64,000 bases of DNA. It comes from an uncultured Verrucomicrobiota bacterium. Lineage in GTDB: Bacteria > Verrucomicrobiota > Verrucomicrobiia > Verrucomicrobiales > DEV007. The notes beneath the pieces were generated by a model that searched no databases, was not told where the DNA came from, and saw nothing but the letters and a program-made list of their open reading frames with translations. The stretch spans positions 116 to 64,115 of the forward strand of contig CACIUL010000010.1 of NCBI GenBank assembly GCA_902589825.1, in the 5' to 3' direction. The translations under genes and the position numbers were made by a program. Below are positions 30,257 to 39,630 of this stretch, piece by piece; the stretch's first letter is position 1; every line of letters starts with the position of its first letter.

Positions 30257-30928
30257 TTGAAACTCTTTATAACCGGAACCAGTACCGAGGTTGGCAAGAC
30301 CTACGTGACCCGGCTGCTGCTGCAGGCACTGGGAAAGCTCGGGCTGAGTGCCGCCGGGTTCAAGCCGATTGCATGCGGTGAGCGCACGGATGCCGAGGGC
30401 CTTGCTGAATGCAGTTCTCCCGTCGCTCCATCAATAGATCTGGTTAACCCGGTATTCTTCAAGAATCCTGCCGCACCAATGGCCGCCTCCCTGATAGAGG
30501 CAACCAAGGTTGACATCCCTGCAATCAAGGCTGCCTACCAGGCCCTTGCCAGGCAGTATGAATACGTCTTGGTGGAAGGGATCGGGGGCTGGGCCGTTCC
30601 CATAAGCGCAGAATACTCGATGGCAGACCTGGCTGCGGACCTCAAGTTGCCGGTGTTGGTGGTTGTCGACAACCGGCTGGGAGCGATCAACCATACAGTC
30701 TTAACGGTGAACGCCATTAAAGCCATGGGACTGGAGGTTGCCGGCATCGTTTTAAACCACGTTGCCGACGAACGGGATGCCGCAAGCATCTCCAACAGGA
30801 TCATCCTTGAGCAGCTGCTCAGTCCTCCCTTCATTTTGGATATCCTTCACGGAACTACTGAGATCCAATGGCCTTTCCCTGTCGGGAAAGATAACCATCC
30901 ACAGCACGGCGATAAGGAGAGGGCATAG
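30257..30928 (+). CDS. bioD: Dethiobiotin synthase
   Basis: TTG start. P-loop FITGTSTEVGKTYV and the motif LVEGIGGWAVP. The 3' end overlaps convergent mutY by 74 nt. Confidence 0.75.
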   Translation: MKLFITGTSTEVGKTYVTRLLLQALGKLGLSAAGFKPIACGERTDAEGLAECSSPVAPSIDLVNPVFFKNPAAPMAASLIEATKVDIPAIKAAYQALARQYEYVLVEGIGGWAVPISAEYSMADLAADLKLPVLVVVDNRLGAINHTVLTVNAIKAMGLEVAGIVLNHVADERDAASISNRIILEQLLSPPFILDILHGTTEIQWPFPVGKDNHPQHGDKERA

Positions 30929-31910
30929 GAAGGCGAGTAATCTCCTCAAGCCGAAACCACCGCTCGTTTTCACGGGCAATGACATCCTTTAATTCATGGA
31001 TGAACATCGTCACACGGTAACGTGTAATTGTATACTCTTGCTTGCATACAGGTGCACCATCCGGGATTTCCTCCATGGCACGTTCTGGCAGTTTCCAAAG
31101 TCCCTGCCTCCTGCGCCCGGTCTCCTGCTCCAGCAGGAGACTGTTGCGGCGAAAAGCCAGCACGACATGCTCCTCTACGGCAGTCTGGACCTTGCGCTTT
31201 TTCTTTATCGGCAGCAGCAGTGGCTCTGCTGCACGACACCACGAAGCTGCCGGGCACTGATGACAGGACACGGACCCGGATTTGCAAACATGTTGCCCGA
31301 GTTCCATCAATGCCGAGTTCCAGATCCTGCCACCCGAATCAGGTACCAGCGAGCCCGCCCATGCCAGGAGCTGCTTGCGGGCATATGCAGTGTCAATCCG
31401 CTCGCGAAAATCAAACAACCTTGCCAGCACGCGGGCGATATTGGCATCAACGGCTGCCTCAGCAGCGTTAAAGGCAAAACTCGCCACTGCCCCGGCTGTA
31501 TAACGCCCGACCCCGGGCAAAGCCTCGATCTGCGGCAGGGAACGCGGGAAAACCCCTCCATGTTCCTCGACAATATGCCGGGCGGCCTTCTGCAGGTTGC
31601 GGGCACGCGAATAATAGCCAAGGCCCTCCCAGGCACGCAAAACCGATCCTTCATCCGCCTTGGCCAGGGTTTGAACATCGGGAAAAAGCTCAAGCCACCT
31701 GGTGTAATACCCACGCCCCAAGACCGTTGCCACCTGCGTTTGCTGCAGCATGATCTCTGATACGAGGATCTCATATCCATCCTCAGTCGCGCGCCAGGGA
31801 TACTGCCTGCCTTCCCTGGAAAACCACTCCGTCATTGCAGCCTGCAGGCCCCCAACATCCTTGATGGGGGGATTTTTGACAACTTTATGCCCCTTCGGTG
31901 GTTGTGACAT
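30855..31910 (-). CDS. mutY: A/G-specific adenine DNA glycosylase
   Basis: YPWR...YEILVSEIMLQQTQV, helix-hairpin-helix LPGVGRYTAGAV, 4Fe-4S Cys cluster (CKSGSVSCHQCPAASWC), and a NUDIX-like C-terminus. Confidence 0.9.
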   Translation of the reverse strand: MSQPPKGHKVVKNPPIKDVGGLQAAMTEWFSREGRQYPWRATEDGYEILVSEIMLQQTQVATVLGRGYYTRWLELFPDVQTLAKADEGSVLRAWEGLGYYSRARNLQKAARHIVEEHGGVFPRSLPQIEALPGVGRYTAGAVASFAFNAAEAAVDANIARVLARLFDFRERIDTAYARKQLLAWAGSLVPDSGGRIWNSALMELGQHVCKSGSVSCHQCPAASWCRAAEPLLLPIKKKRKVQTAVEEHVVLAFRRNSLLLEQETGRRRQGLWKLPERAMEEIPDGAPVCKQEYTITRYRVTMFIHELKDVIARENERWFRLEEITRLPMPSPYRRAVDGYLSRQGKAIGSQ

Positions 31911-31936
31911 GATCGGCTTGCTGTTTAGTTCAGGGT

Positions 31937-32848
31937 GTGGCCGGCACGCTCAGCTCATATACTCATTCACTTTCAAGGTCGCAGGTTGATAGCCTGCGCA
32001 GAATTCTGGAACAATCCGGCTTCATTTTCAAAGATAAACCCCATGCCCTTTTTGCCGCGAGTGGTGAAAAGCTTCATGTCACCGTATATGAAAAAGGGCC
32101 AAAAGTAGTATTGCAGGGCAAGGGTACCGAGGACTTTGTCCGCTTCACGCTTGAGCCCGAGGTTCTGGGTGCCGCAGAGCTTGGTTATGAGGAAGAACTC
32201 AACCCCGAGATGTTTGAACCGCACTTCGGCATCGATGAAAGCGGCAAGGGGGACTTTTTCGGGCCGCTGGTTATCGCCGGTGCATACACCGACCGGGAGT
32301 CTGCACGCATCCTGCTTGATGAGGGGGTGATGGACTCAAAGAAAATTTCTGACCCGAAGATCAGGAAACTCGCTGACCTGATACGTCAAACCCCCGGCCT
32401 TGATCATGAAGTCATCATGATCGGACCAAAGAAATACAACGAGCTATACAGCAAGATTGGAAACCTTAACAAATTGCTCGCGTGGGGGCATGCAACAGCC
32501 ATCGAGAACCTGTGCATGAAAAGGCCGGACTGCAAGCGGGCACTAAGCGACCAGTTTGCCAACCCTTCGCGCCTAAACTCTGCACTGGGTAAAAGCGGCC
32601 GTGAAATTCATCTTCAACAGCGCACCAAGGCCGAGTCGGATATCGCCGTGGCGGCAGCCTCCATACTCGCCCGTGATAAGTTTCTCTGGTGGATGGAGCA
32701 GGCCTCGGAAAAATACGGGCAACCCATCCCAAAAGGTGCTTCAAAAGCAGTGAGAGAAACTGCCGCCAAACTGGTGGAGAAACACGGTAAGGGTATCCTC
32801 TTCAATATCGCCAAAACCCATTTCAAAACAGCCCTGGAATGGCTTTAG
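31937..32848 (+). CDS. rnhC: Ribonuclease HIII
   Basis: GTG start. An N-terminal domain of about 85 aa precedes an RNase HII/HIII core (GIDESGKGDFFGPLVIAG, DSKK, ASILARD). Confidence 0.7.
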   Translation: MAGTLSSYTHSLSRSQVDSLRRILEQSGFIFKDKPHALFAASGEKLHVTVYEKGPKVVLQGKGTEDFVRFTLEPEVLGAAELGYEEELNPEMFEPHFGIDESGKGDFFGPLVIAGAYTDRESARILLDEGVMDSKKISDPKIRKLADLIRQTPGLDHEVIMIGPKKYNELYSKIGNLNKLLAWGHATAIENLCMKRPDCKRALSDQFANPSRLNSALGKSGREIHLQQRTKAESDIAVAAASILARDKFLWWMEQASEKYGQPIPKGASKAVRETAAKLVEKHGKGILFNIAKTHFKTALEWL

Positions 32849-33028
32849 GGCGTCAATCAAAAACATTTACAAAGTAACGGAAAATTTCTTTTGCCAAACC
32901 TCCCGGTATCGCTATGTGTTTGAGCCCCACGATCAGTTGAGGTTCACGGCGAAGCAACACATCATAAATTGAGTAAAGTTCCCCGATAACCCCATAAAGA
33001 CCCACAATCACATTTTCTTAACAATTTC

Positions 33029-33397
33029 ATGAAGACTGTCACAAAGCGCGACCTAGTGGTGCAAATCAGCAACGAAACAGGAATGACTCAGCAACAGGTC
33101 TTCGATGTCATCCAGAAAACCCTTGATACCATCACCACGACGCTGGCCGGGGGAGATGAGGTGGTGCTGCGTAATTTCGGATCTTTTCAGGTACGTGAAA
33201 CCAAACAGAAAATCGGCCGCAATCCCAATAAACCGGATACCGATGTGATCATACCTCCGCGTGCCATTGTGAAGTTCAAGCCGGGCAAGGAAATGAAGGA
33301 GCGTGTTGCCAACGTCCTTCCGCAAATCCAGAATCAGGAAACAACAGAAGCTCCTCCAGCTGCTGCAACTCCATCCCCGGAAACCGGCTCCCTTTAA
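33029..33397 (+). CDS. HU/IHF-family DNA-binding protein with Pro/Ala-rich C-terminal tail
   Basis: KRDLV...FGSFQVRETKQKIGRNPNKPDTDVIIPPRAIVKFKPGKEMK. Confidence 0.85.
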   Translation: MKTVTKRDLVVQISNETGMTQQQVFDVIQKTLDTITTTLAGGDEVVLRNFGSFQVRETKQKIGRNPNKPDTDVIIPPRAIVKFKPGKEMKERVANVLPQIQNQETTEAPPAAATPSPETGSL

Positions 33398-33524
33398 AAA
33401 GCCCGAGGGCACCAAGGGGGCAAGTTCATGAAGACGATCATGGCATCATCGCCATGAGAACCTGATGGTCCCAAAGCAATGGCCTCGGCCTCACTTTTGT
33501 GGGCCCCTGCAGCAAAGTTGACGA

Positions 33525-34322
33525 CTAAAGCATTAACTGCAGCCCGTCATAGGCAATATCCACCCCGTCAGGTAACGAATCCTGTTCACGGGAATGAAGC
33601 ACTTCATGGGAAACATGCGTCAGCCATGTCTGCTTCGGTGCCAACTCAGCGGCAACGGCAAGTGCTTCGTCGATGCTCATGTGCGTAGGATGAGGCCTGG
33701 GACGCAATGCATCAATCACCAGGCAACCAACCCCGGCCAATGCCTCCATGCCGGCCCGGGGAATACGCTTACAGTCGGGTAAATAAGCAAACACCGGTTT
33801 TTCCTCATGCCGAAAAAGAAACCCCGCGCATTCCACATTTCCATGCTCAACGGCAATTGGGGTAATCTCCAGGTCTCCGATGCCAAGCTTCTCCTCCAGA
33901 ACATGTGGCTCCGGCTTGAAGTATCCCGGAAACCGATTGGCGTTGTTAAACATATAGAAAAACATCCTTTTCAAGGCATCCAGGCACGGGGTACTGGCAA
34001 AAACACGCAACCTGTCATCCTTGCCAGGAGTGAACCGGCGCAGGTCATCAAATCCCATGACATGATCAGCATGAGGGTGGGTGATCAATACGCCATCAAG
34101 CGTTGTGATCCCCTCACGGAGGCACTGCTGGCGTAAATCCGGTCCTGAATCCACCAACAGGCATAATTGTGGCGTCTTAACCAGAATTGAGGAGCGCAGG
34201 CGGCGGTCACGCGGATCCTCGGAGCGACAGGTCTCACACCCACAGCCGATCACCGGAACCCCTACCGAGGTCCCGGTTCCAAGGAAAGTTACCTCAAATC
34301 CGGTCATGGCAATCTCACACAA
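33525..34322 (-). CDS. MBL-fold metallo-hydrolase (PhnP/GPMB-like)
   Basis: FLGTGTSVGVP and the HPHADH motif. An alternative ATG lies at 34307. Confidence 0.7.
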   Translation of the reverse strand: MCEIAMTGFEVTFLGTGTSVGVPVIGCGCETCRSEDPRDRRLRSSILVKTPQLCLLVDSGPDLRQQCLREGITTLDGVLITHPHADHVMGFDDLRRFTPGKDDRLRVFASTPCLDALKRMFFYMFNNANRFPGYFKPEPHVLEEKLGIGDLEITPIAVEHGNVECAGFLFRHEEKPVFAYLPDCKRIPRAGMEALAGVGCLVIDALRPRPHPTHMSIDEALAVAAELAPKQTWLTHVSHEVLHSREQDSLPDGVDIAYDGLQLML

Positions 34323-34468
34323 TACACGATCATCCGCTCCTTAGACAGCATCACCAACTGCATCAAGCGGGAATTTGCTCACCATGGCGGTATTGGCAGT
34401 AATTGCTCCAGCATAATGGCCGGAAAGGAAATTCGGAGCCTGACATGCAATTTTTCGGTGGCTTTTTG

Positions 34469-34496
34469 CGTTCATTTGAACTATTGTTCAAATGAA
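34469..34496. promoter_or_regulatory. Candidate double LexA (SOS) operator upstream of recN
   Basis: 28-bp near-perfect palindrome GTTCATTTGAAC-TATT-GTTCAAATGAAC with 12-bp arms. It contains two GTTC-N4-GAAC units and one central GAAC-N4-GTTC unit, and it ends 23 nt before the recN ATG. Confidence 0.6.
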
Positions 34497-34519
34497 CTGT
34501 TAATTGGATACCTATAATC

Positions 34520-36184
34520 ATGTTAAGACTTCTGAAAATAAACAACCTCGCACTTGTTGAGGATCTCGTCTGGGAAGTGGGCAGTGGACTTATCGGCGTT
34601 ACAGGGGAAACCGGTGCCGGCAAATCAGTCATTGTCGGCGCCCTCAAGCTGATTGTCGGCGAACGGGCCAACCAGAACCTTGTCCGCACCGGATGCAATT
34701 CGTGTTCCATTGAAGCGGTTTTCGACCTCGAGCAAGCAGAAAGCGTGAATTCTGTTCTCGACGCCGCTGGGCTTGCATCATGCGAGAATGACCAACTAGT
34801 AATCCGCAGGGTTATCGACACTTCCTCAGGCAATAAACAATTTGTGAATTGCTCCCCGGTCACGCTCTCCGTCCTGAAGCAAATCGGCGAACTGCTCGTT
34901 GACCTGCACGGCCCCCACGACCACCAGTCTCTTCTTTGCCGCGAGCGGCAACTTGACCTGCTTGATGCCTACGCAAATGCCGAAGGGGAAGCGAATGGAT
35001 GTGCAGATGCCTACCGGCAACTCAGCAGCTTGAAGGCCCAGTATGATGAACTGGCCAATAGTGAAAGAGCCAATGAACAGGAGCTCGACCTTCTCAATCA
35101 CCAGGTTGAAGAAATTGAAAGTGCGAACCTTGTGCCCGGTGAGGAGGAAAAACTCGAACAAAACTACAAGGTGGCTGCAAACAGCAGTCATCTCATGCAA
35201 ACTGCTGCACACATCATCGGGGCACTGGGAGAAAGTGAGAACTCGGCAATCTCAAGCCTGTCGGCAATTACCCGGATGATACGGGACCTGGAAAAAAATG
35301 ATCCCTCCACTGCCAGATTCACGGAGAGTTTTGATACGGCACTCATTGAACTGGAGGAACTGGAAAGCAATATTCGTGACTATGCCGAAAACCTTGAGAT
35401 AGATGCCTCCGGGATCGAGACCCTCAGGGATCGATTCAACCTTATTGAGTCCCTGAAGCGCAAATATGGCAACAACATTAACGAGATTCTTGCTTTCAAG
35501 GAAAAGGCCACAAAAAAGAGAAACCGGATTGAAAGTCGGGGTGAAGAACTGGAAAAACTCTCGGCGCGGATCACCACGGCATCCCAAAAGTTGTGTTCAG
35601 CAGCACGGAAGCTATCCCTGAAAAGAAAACGCGCGGCTCCTAAACTTGCGACAAGCATTAGTGCCCATCTCGAGGAACTTGGCTTCAAGAAGGCACATTT
35701 TGAAGTCACACTTGAGACATTAGAGCAACCGGCAAGAACAGGAAACGAGAGCATCGAATTCATGTTCTCCCCGAACCCGGGTGAACCTGCCAAACCGCTG
35801 CGAATGATTGCCTCAAGCGGCGAGATGTCCCGTATCATGCTGGCCATCAAAAGCACCCTGGCCAGTCAGGATGCCGTGCCACTCCTGGTTTTCGACGAGA
35901 TTGACGCCAACGTGGGGGGAGAAATTGCCCAGGCTGTAGGGGCTAAGATGGCTTCACTTGGCGACCATCATCAAGTTATAGCCATCACTCATCTGCCACA
36001 AGTGGCATCAAGGGCGAACTGCCATTATTCCGTCAACAAGGAATTCAGCAGTGACGGGCGGACTCACTCACGATTAAGCAAAATAGAAAAAGACGACCGC
36101 ATTACTGAAATAGCCCGAATGCTTGGAGGTAACACCAACTCGGCACGTAAACATGCCGAGAGCCTGTTGGATATTGCCGCATGA
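34520..36184 (+). CDS. recN: DNA repair protein RecN
   Basis: 554 aa. Walker A GETGAGKS, a long coiled-coil, the SMC signature SGGEMSRIMLA, and Walker B LLVFDEIDANVGG. Confidence 0.95.
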   Translation: MLRLLKINNLALVEDLVWEVGSGLIGVTGETGAGKSVIVGALKLIVGERANQNLVRTGCNSCSIEAVFDLEQAESVNSVLDAAGLASCENDQLVIRRVIDTSSGNKQFVNCSPVTLSVLKQIGELLVDLHGPHDHQSLLCRERQLDLLDAYANAEGEANGCADAYRQLSSLKAQYDELANSERANEQELDLLNHQVEEIESANLVPGEEEKLEQNYKVAANSSHLMQTAAHIIGALGESENSAISSLSAITRMIRDLEKNDPSTARFTESFDTALIELEELESNIRDYAENLEIDASGIETLRDRFNLIESLKRKYGNNINEILAFKEKATKKRNRIESRGEELEKLSARITTASQKLCSAARKLSLKRKRAAPKLATSISAHLEELGFKKAHFEVTLETLEQPARTGNESIEFMFSPNPGEPAKPLRMIASSGEMSRIMLAIKSTLASQDAVPLLVFDEIDANVGGEIAQAVGAKMASLGDHHQVIAITHLPQVASRANCHYSVNKEFSSDGRTHSRLSKIEKDDRITEIARMLGGNTNSARKHAESLLDIAA

Positions 36185-36223
36185 TTTCCAGTTAGCTTCA
36201 TCACAGGCAATTTCTATCTGGAC

Positions 36224-37729
36224 TCAGGGTGCAGTGAGCCCGGCTTCCACCATTTTCTTTTTGGACCATCGGGGCCTAACGCGGGCAGGCGTGGGCTTGC
36301 CGTGCTGACGATCAAATTCATCCGCAGTGCGTAATTCAGGCACATGGTCCCCGGTTTCACGTTCCCACTTTTGCAGTGCATCACGCATCAGAACAAGGGT
36401 CTTTGAATAGTCAGGTGAATCCGCCAGGTTTTTCAATTCATGAGGGTCAGCACTGCAATCGTAGAGCTCCTCACGCGGCCTTGGAAACCAGAATAATTGA
36501 CCCTCTGCAGCCGACAAATCGGCCGAATCGTGACGTTTTTGCAAGGCCCTATAAGTGATACCCCTTACTGCATCAGCCGGCGGAGTGGGCGGCAGATCAT
36601 CGTAATAGTTTCTGATATATTTAAACTGTGTGCTGCGCACAGCTCTGGAGTGATCTTCATAATCATGCCAGTTTTTCTCGGCAAATGCGTAGCTGCGAAC
36701 AGGTAATCCAAGGGGCTTTGACAGGAGGCGATGAAAGCTAACGCCATCAAAGGTATCACCCTTCTCAACTCCGGCTATTTCAAGGAGCGTCGGGGCAATA
36801 TCAACAGCACTGATCAGCCTTTTACAAACAGTTCCTGGTTTAACGACTGGAGGATACCGGATAATAAATGGCGTTCGTATACCGGAATCGTAAAGTGATG
36901 TCTTATCCCTTGGAAAGGGCCTGCCATTATCCGAGAAGAATATCACCAGAGTGTTGTCCAGTATCGAATTTTTTTCCAGTTCACTGATCACCAGTCCTGT
37001 GAACCGGTCAAGGCGAGTGATCTCATCATAATAGAGAGCATACTCCCGGCGCACGCCGAATGTATCCGGATGATAGGGAGCTACACGAACTGCTGCAGGC
37101 AGGTGTGGTTGCTTAAGGATACCCTCATCATAGGGACGATGCGGATCAAGCGCGGCCAGCCACAAAAAAAACGGCTTATCTGCCGGGCGCGCCCTGATCA
37201 GCGAAACCCAGTCCGCACATCCACTCTTGGCATCACCTTTGGTCGTCTCTTTGAACACACCTGCCTGACCTGCCTTTCCTCCAGGCAATTGAAACCCAGA
37301 AGTATCAACATCGCGAATGAGGTCAAATCGATCACGAATTTCCTCCCCAAGGTGCCATTTCCCGGCAGCTGCAGTCCAGTATCCTGCCGCCCTTAGTTTC
37401 TCGACGAACGTTATCTGTTTAGCAGGCACCGGCCAGTGCAGTTCTTCGGCTCCTGTGCGATGCGGATAACGGCCTGTGATGATGCTTGCCCTGCTCGGAC
37501 TGCATGAGCTCGCAGTCAGGATGGCACGGGTAAACTTCATTCCCTCTGCGGCCAGCTTGTCCAGGTTTGGTGTGCGGACACGATCATTGCCGTATGGCCC
37601 GGAATCATCCCATGCTAGATCATCGGCCATAATCAACACGATATTGGGCTTCTGGTCGGCAGGAAGCGAGGCAGGAAGGCACAAGCTAAAAATCAGTAAT
37701 AATCTGGAAACATTCATCACCATTGCCAT
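36224..37729 (-). CDS. Secreted sulfatase (formylglycine-dependent)
   Basis: Signal peptide, then IVLIMADDL and the CxPxR motif SSCSPSRASIITG. The alternative ATG at 37717 forms a TGATG junction with the upstream gene. Confidence 0.85.
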   Translation of the reverse strand: MAMVMNVSRLLLIFSLCLPASLPADQKPNIVLIMADDLAWDDSGPYGNDRVRTPNLDKLAAEGMKFTRAILTASSCSPSRASIITGRYPHRTGAEELHWPVPAKQITFVEKLRAAGYWTAAAGKWHLGEEIRDRFDLIRDVDTSGFQLPGGKAGQAGVFKETTKGDAKSGCADWVSLIRARPADKPFFLWLAALDPHRPYDEGILKQPHLPAAVRVAPYHPDTFGVRREYALYYDEITRLDRFTGLVISELEKNSILDNTLVIFFSDNGRPFPRDKTSLYDSGIRTPFIIRYPPVVKPGTVCKRLISAVDIAPTLLEIAGVEKGDTFDGVSFHRLLSKPLGLPVRSYAFAEKNWHDYEDHSRAVRSTQFKYIRNYYDDLPPTPPADAVRGITYRALQKRHDSADLSAAEGQLFWFPRPREELYDCSADPHELKNLADSPDYSKTLVLMRDALQKWERETGDHVPELRTADEFDRQHGKPTPARVRPRWSKKKMVEAGLTAP

Positions 37730-38610
37730 ACCCCCTTCGCCTTGACCTTTCTACGATAAATCGCATCACCATTGGCAACATAAATATAGCCTAGCTCCCT
37801 ACCGGAAAAAACGACGCTGACCAGGGGCTTGCCGGGTTGAGGGGCATGCATAACCCCGGACATCCTTCCTGTCGGATCAAACATCTGCAGTCCAAGGTCG
37901 GAAGTCACATAAAAGCAACCCATTTCGTCAATTTCCATGCCATCACCCTTGCTTGGATGGAACCTCGCACGCAGCCTGAGGGAAGCGTAGGGAGAGCGAC
38001 ATCCAAGGGAACCATCTTCTTCAATCCTGAAGAACCATATCTCCTTATCCATATGGTCTGAAACCAATAAAGTGCCGCCATCAGCAGAAATCGCTATGCC
38101 ATTGGGCTTAGCGATGTCCTTTGCAACAATACGCAACCTTCTGCCCTTCTTATTCAAATTGGTGTGGTATACCCTGCGGGTAGAGGTTTCTGTAAAATAA
38201 ATATTACCGTCAGCGGTTACGACCAGGTCATTGGGCCGGACACCGGAAACAATGATGTCGGGAGCAGTGCCGGGCCTTAGAGCAATAATTCGCCGGGCGC
38301 GCCCCTGGCAGGCATAGAGTCTGCCGTCAGGGCCAAACTGCATCCCGCTGATACCTGCTATATCACTGATGTAGTTTGATACTTTTCCCGAGGTATCCAC
38401 TTTCCTGATACCGCCTCCGCCACCGACATCCGAGTAATAAAAATTGCCGGCTCCATCAGTGCAGCAGGCATCACAGAATTGCATATCTCCCACGACTTTT
38501 TCCCAGTCCTCTCCATCGATTAAAACATGCCCAAGGGAAATATCCTGAGCAAATCCAATGCAGGATGAAAAAACCACAGCCAGTAAAAGGCCAAAGATCC
38601 TTTTATACAT
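37717..38610 (-). CDS. SMP-30/gluconolactonase/LRE-like beta-propeller protein, secreted
   Basis: Signal peptide. Motifs ADGNIYFTE and PNGIAISADGGTLLVSD. Confidence 0.65.
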   Translation of the reverse strand: MYKRIFGLLLAVVFSSCIGFAQDISLGHVLIDGEDWEKVVGDMQFCDACCTDGAGNFYYSDVGGGGGIRKVDTSGKVSNYISDIAGISGMQFGPDGRLYACQGRARRIIALRPGTAPDIIVSGVRPNDLVVTADGNIYFTETSTRRVYHTNLNKKGRRLRIVAKDIAKPNGIAISADGGTLLVSDHMDKEIWFFRIEEDGSLGCRSPYASLRLRARFHPSKGDGMEIDEMGCFYVTSDLGLQMFDPTGRMSGVMHAPQPGKPLVSVVFSGRELGYIYVANGDAIYRRKVKAKGVWQW

Positions 38611-39479
38611 CAGCTTTTCGGGTAATCCCGCCAGAGCCAGCGCAGCATATCGGGAAAAATCGCTCCTCCATGCTTCCCGTTATGACCCCCATCACCCATG
38701 ACAAACCTGAAATCATATCCGGCAAACTTCAAGGCCGCAGCCATCTGGCGATTACCCAGGGGCCAACTGCCATGCAGGTTATCCAGGTCTTTTTCCCCCG
38801 CCTGCAGGAAAACCCGGATAGGCTTCTTTTCACTCTTGCGGATCATAGCAGGATAGTTGTGACCTCCACGGATATTCGTGAAACTGCCCACGTAACTGAT
38901 GACCTTGCGAAAAGCATCAGGCCGTTCCCAGGCAACTGTCCATGCGCAAATACCCCCTGAGCTGATACCGCAGACGGCACGACCTTCAGGATCATCTGTG
39001 ATCCTGTAATCACGCTTTAAAACAGGAAGTATGTCTACAAGCAAAAACCTGGCATACTGGTCACTAAGGGTGTCATACTCAAAACTCCGGTTTTTCCTCG
39101 GTTTTGCGCCTTCCTTGGCAGCAGGTATAACGCCCGGGTTGAGAAAAAGCCCGATTGTAAGAGGAATTTCCCCACTGTCTATCAAGTTATCAAGGACGGT
39201 GGGGACACGGGTGTGGCCACGGGGATCCTGATACCACTTGCCATCCTGAAAAACCATCAGGCATGCAGGTTTCGAGCCGTCATACTGCGAAGGAACATAA
39301 ATCCAGTAATCGCGTTCACTGCCAGGATACACTTTACTATCAGAGAACTGATGCATGGTCACCTTGCCCTGGGGAACATCCTTTTTGCGCAGCGAATCGG
39401 GACCCAGCTGGTAATCATCTGCCCCATCACAAACCGCGATGAGAAGGCACAATAGACTTAACAGGTTGCTAATTTTCAT
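38610..39479 (-). CDS. Secreted esterase-family alpha/beta hydrolase (enterochelin-esterase-like)
   Basis: Signal peptide. Motifs RDYWIYVPSQYDG and the nucleophile elbow GISSGG. Confidence 0.65.
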   Translation of the reverse strand: MKISNLLSLLCLLIAVCDGADDYQLGPDSLRKKDVPQGKVTMHQFSDSKVYPGSERDYWIYVPSQYDGSKPACLMVFQDGKWYQDPRGHTRVPTVLDNLIDSGEIPLTIGLFLNPGVIPAAKEGAKPRKNRSFEYDTLSDQYARFLLVDILPVLKRDYRITDDPEGRAVCGISSGGICAWTVAWERPDAFRKVISYVGSFTNIRGGHNYPAMIRKSEKKPIRVFLQAGEKDLDNLHGSWPLGNRQMAAALKFAGYDFRFVMGDGGHNGKHGGAIFPDMLRWLWRDYPKS

Positions 39480-39630
39480 TGCTCTAGCTTAGAATAAGCC
39501 CCGCTCTTCAGTCATGCAAACAAAGCAGGATTGGTAATTCCTTGACCATTTTGAACTCGATACCCACTGTCCTGCCTTCCGTCATCAGGCCCACTGGTCA
39601 CCGACTGATTAATGAGCCGATCTGAATTCC

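Noticed and set aside
30855-30928. 74-nt convergent overlap of the bioD and mutY 3' ends
   Set aside because: Both ORFs have normal lengths and motifs. The overlap affects only poorly conserved C-terminal tails, so it is probably a benign overlap or a slightly early true stop usage.
30996-31760. 254-aa plus-strand ORF (and several siblings) inside mutY
   Set aside because: It is antisense to mutY, which has a full set of glycosylase motifs. The translated sequence is Cys/Arg/Pro-rich with no features.
34513-34518. Perfect TATAAT 1 nt before the recN ATG
   Set aside because: It is too close to the start codon to serve as the -10 for this ORF. It is listed only as context for the SOS-box finding.
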